A stretch of 39,250 nucleotides of DNA from Nitrososphaeraceae archaeon (lineage in GTDB: Archaea > Thermoproteota > Nitrososphaeria > Nitrososphaerales > Nitrososphaeraceae). Under the pieces are notes generated by a model, which was not told the DNA's origin, did not search any database, and worked only from the letters and a program-made list of their open reading frames with translations. The stretch's first letter is position 1, and each line of letters starts with the position of its first letter. This document shows positions 38,225-39,250 of the stretch, in pieces. The translations under genes and the position numbers were made by a program. The stretch is taken from assembly GCA_035250975.1 (NCBI GenBank), contig DATFEP010000086.1, forward strand, positions 1-39,250, given 5' to 3'.

Positions 38225-38349
38225 GTTTTTCTGACAAGATGATTAAATTTCTATTTTGCATCTGAGTCGAAATTGTTAATGGCTATATTTTTTATATGAA
38301 GAATTTTACTGAAGAAAGCTTTAAATTCTGTGTATCCAAGCTTTTACTC

Positions 38350-39111
38350 ATGTCGAAAAAATTAGCATATACAAGTATGCTGAGCGGATTTATTCTAGGA
38401 CTTTTAGTTATAAGTCTACAAGTAGCGGGATTTTCTTTTACAACTGTTCTTGCACAAGAGAGTGAAATTGAATCGATTAGTGCAATTGAAAGTACAACTA
38501 ATGCAACCGAAGGCGCCGCTGTTCCTGCCACACCAGAGCCAAAAGCATCATCTGTAGAGACGGGTGGTTCATTTGCTCAACAAGGAACGGTAACTTCTAC
38601 ACAAGACCCACTTCCTGGTCATGAAGCACATCAATTAGCTATTCTCTTACCACCAAGAGCCGATGGATCTATTTACGAGGGAACTGTTACATATACTGCA
38701 AGTAAACCAGTTGAGGTAGTCGTATTACAAAATTTTGCAAATAATACTGCAGTTGATTCATTCTATGGAGGTCTTGCAACAGCACCGTTAGGAGAAGGAA
38801 CAGTAGCTATTAGTTTAATATCACCGCAATATAGTGGTCCAATAAATGCTGCATCGTTGCCATTTGCAGGCAATGCCCTAGCCTTGCATACTATAAATGG
38901 CGATCCTTTTGCTGCAACCTATACCGTAACAGGTGATGTACTCCAAGCAGAAACATTTGATTCTATTGTTCCCGCACCAATAGCTGCTGCTCAAGCTGAC
39001 GCAGGTCAGACTGCCGAAGAAAAAGATGGAGACGAAGATAAAAAAGATAAAAAAGATAAAAAAGATAAAAAAGATAAAAAAGATAACAACGACGACTCTG
39101 CTAGCGGTTAA
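38350..39111 (+). CDS. Secreted hypothetical protein with DKK-repeat tail
   Basis: Signal peptide ending VLAQ; DPLPGHEAHQLAILLPP; YTASKPVEVVVL. Start ATG 38350 preferred over 38296. Confidence 0.8.
   Translation: MSKKLAYTSMLSGFILGLLVISLQVAGFSFTTVLAQESEIESISAIESTTNATEGAAVPATPEPKASSVETGGSFAQQGTVTSTQDPLPGHEAHQLAILLPPRADGSIYEGTVTYTASKPVEVVVLQNFANNTAVDSFYGGLATAPLGEGTVAISLISPQYSGPINAASLPFAGNALALHTINGDPFAATYTVTGDVLQAETFDSIVPAPIAAAQADAGQTAEEKDGDEDKKDKKDKKDKKDKKDNNDDSASG
39037..39086 (+). repeat. 9-bp coding tandem repeat GATAAAAAA x5 (DKK)
   Basis: Five perfect copies at 39037-39081 plus GATAA. Confidence 0.92.
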
Positions 39112-39250
39112 TACTAGCAATATCTCTTTTTTATTGATATCTAATAATCATAGTAATCATTCAAAAAATAAGATGCTATAATATTTTTTTATATTATTAG
39201 AGTATTAGGAATAAATAAATATTAAATTTGTTTAAAAAAATAAAAAATCT

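Noticed and set aside
672-39120. Numerous 60-143 aa track ORFs antisense to or nested in clear genes (e.g. 2360, 3527, 4289, 8637, 14721, 28448, 33789, 38878)
   Set aside because: They overlap well-supported genes and show no motifs.

Overview
AT-rich archaeal chromosomal window. Gene content (rpoE1-spt4, S30e, nadX/nadA/nadC, DUF359 dephospho-CoA kinase, many secreted hypotheticals, TATA-type promoters) points to a soil-type ammonia-oxidising archaeon (Nitrososphaeraceae, Nitrosocosmicus-like; inference). 1-14 kb: a loose amino-acid catabolism cluster (class III aminotransferase, P5C dehydrogenase, ureohydrolase, acyl-CoA dehydrogenase, proline dehydrogenase) interrupted by thiC and ORF-free gaps. 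14-27 kb: accessory cell-surface genes (double-frameshifted secreted protein, ArnT/PMT glycosyltransferase, degenerate phosphoesterase carrying a lectin-like insertion, purple-acid-phosphatase-like enzyme, NHL propeller) and an orphan Dam methylase. 27-39 kb: core genes plus a cupredoxin. Manual reading found features absent from the ORF track: seven Cys/His-rich microproteins (34-58 aa) and a well-formed box C/D guide RNA behind the DUF359 gene, whose D' guide is complementary to the conserved 16S rRNA 520-530 region. No tRNA, rRNA, CRISPR array or intact mobile element was seen. All product calls come from motif recognition, not database searches.
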